From the NCBI GenBank assembly GCA_009602735.1, contig WELA01002449.1:59818-123817 (forward strand): DNA of 64,000 nt. The letters are read 5' to 3'. The translations under genes and the position numbers were made by a program. The notes under the pieces were generated by a model. The model searched no databases. It was given only the letters and a program-made list of their open reading frames with translations, and was not told where the DNA came from. Within the stretch, counting starts at the first letter, position 1. Every line of letters begins with the position of its first letter. Of the stretch, positions 61,863-64,000 are shown piece by piece. Source of the DNA: Mesotaenium endlicherianum (lineage: Eukaryota).

Positions 61863-64000
61863 CTGCTCATCACGCGCCGCCAGGTGTGTTTCGCTCAGGG
61901 TTGGCAACCTGGAGATTGTTAGTATAGGGTGCACCATTATAAGGTTGGCTGATGACGGATGGCGGTTGGCGGGCTGGAAAGGCTCGAGGCGGGTGTTCTG
62001 TGCGCAGATGTTCATCTTTGGCCAACTTTTACCGAGCTTAAGTGTGCCAACGACAGCATCCCTTAAGTAAGACACTTCAAATACTACGGCGCAAGACAAA
62101 GAATCCTTCACGAAGATGGAACCTTAAACCCCCCAATACCCATGAAAGCAGGGGTAAGAGGGGTCATAGCCCCCAAAGTCAAGAAAGCACAATAATTGAC
62201 AGGCTACTTGTCAAGTTTTTATTGCAATCTGTGGCAGGGCCAGGTGGAGTTGCACCTCCAGCACATAGAATACAGAAGTGACACCTGGAGGATGATCAGG
62301 CAAGAGTTCCGCACCAAGCACACCCGCCTGCGAGCTGACTGGTGCAGTTTTCATAGCCGCTCTCTCCCTTTCCCAAGCCACGCTACTTACACCTCAAGGA
62401 CATACTCATTACTCAGCATGCGAGGGTGCTGTTCTCGTTATTGGCCACCCAGCTTCACGAACAAAGCAACTCCGTAACATTCAGGGGTCGTCGGCGTTGA
62501 GCTGCATCAGTGGTCTAGAGAAACGCACAATATGCAAGCCAAGTCTTGCACTCTTCTAAAACTCAGAGAGGAAAGAGCAAGCACCTCCGAAGAGACTCAG
62601 GCCCGGGATGGCGTCAAGAGCAGTCTCCACTGCACCAAGTATGTACCTGCCCCCAACAGATGCATCATAACCCAGTCTCATCTTTCTGCAACGCATCATG
62701 CGCTATAGAATGCTTGGGCACAAGAGGGGGCGCACGTGAGTGCTCCTGTATAGCTTCAACCGCGAAACTTTACTGTGATGATGCGACTAATTTACATGCC
62801 AGTCGAAGAACATTGCAACAATGGGGTCTCCTAAGCCCCCTAAAACCCCCTAACTTTCCCACGGTACAGTACTGGGCATACAAGTTTAACTCCTTGCGTT
62901 GAGTTTGCTGGTATCACTTGGACTGCAAAGAACATCCGTTTTTCTCAATAACCAACTATACTTTAAAACCTCACTCTTGAACTCATACTTAGTGTCAGTA
63001 AACAATGGCTTCAGGTGCTACTTTGGCTACTCTCTTATTAATATAGAAAGGACTGCTACACAATGGGACTGAACTTTTTTGTAACCCATGTTCCTGCTTA
63101 TTATCAAATTCTCGACATAAAGTTGCCTGCTTTTGTCTTGCCAGACTGGCTCGCTGACAGGAGCATCACCTCTATGGTGCAAAAGGGACAGCCATCCACC
63201 TTCTGATGCATTTTAGTTAACCTTACTCAGACCAAAATTATCAGCTGATCACAATGAAGTCCTGGATATGCATCTTAGAAAGCCAGAAGTCAGCACCAGA
63301 GCAAACAAGCAGACCAAAGCCTGTGACTGTGTGACCAACTAGACGTTTGCCATCCTCCTGGACTTAGTCCAGATAAGAAACATCTCTTACAATCTGACTA
63401 GGCTGCCCAACAAACTTCTCATAGTGCATGAAACCTTGGCCCAAGCACCAGATTGCACCCTAACTTGCTCTCAGCTACTGGCAAAAATCACTGGCTCCTG
63501 AAAGCATCCACTCGATGTACAAGCAATGACTTAAGGAAACATGGTTGCATGGGGAGCTCTTCATTGCAGGATGTGGGTGAACGAGGCCCAGGGTCCTTGG
63601 ATTGCAGTGAGGTGAGGAAGCAACTCACAGAGAAGCTGCCACTGCGTTGCCCAGGAAGAAACAGAGACCTATACTGACCCCCACTTCCGGCCCTAGGGCT
63701 CGTCCTATTAGATAGTAAGGCCCCCCACCCTGCACATCAGAGCCAGTGCAGACACAGGGAGCAGCAGACAGCAGATGGACTTTCAGAATGCAACTCACCA
63801 AGTGAAGTGGCCTGCTCTATTATCCAATCAACCACATCAATTAACTCAAGAGAGCAGCCAAAGGGTTTGCAGGTCCAGGTCCTGCAGCTTGCTTGCTAGT
63901 CTAGACTCTGCTCACATTTGACGTAGCGCTCTACCTTAACCTCCTAGTCCCTCTGAAAGCCACTTGCTGCATTGTTAATCCCCCACGAAGCATTACTGCA

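Noticed and set aside
1..64000. tRNA, rRNA, snRNA or telomeric arrays
   Set aside because: None recognised by eye; a covariance-model scan would be needed to exclude small RNAs.

Overview
Eukaryotic, intron-rich genomic DNA with several N-gaps. Gene content and a probable U12 intron point to a streptophyte, most likely a charophyte-type green alga; the organism is an inference. Nine spliced protein-coding genes were reconstructed by hand with phase-consistent GT-AG junctions: the 3' part of a nucleostemin-like GTPase (NSN1/GNL3), a subfamily VIII-like bHLH factor, an arogenate/prephenate dehydratase, a PSS1-like kinesin-1, a PMT-family methyltransferase, a small plastid-type membrane protein, a CGFS glutaredoxin, a phosducin-like protein, and the 3' part of a cation-chloride cotransporter (CCC1). 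The main accessory feature is a ~6 kb tyrosine-recombinase (DIRS-order) retrotransposon at 4396-10395. It has split direct repeats (A1...B1-A2...B2), gag, RT-RNaseH-adenine-methyltransferase, an open recombinase ORF, a visible crossover core and inverted arms around the circle junction. Other notable points are a fungal/animal-type IAK tail motif on the kinesin, a probable minor-spliceosome intron, a mosaic RSL/HEC-like bHLH, several decayed transposon-like regions and oriented intron microsatellites. No database searches were run; family calls rest on recognised motifs.
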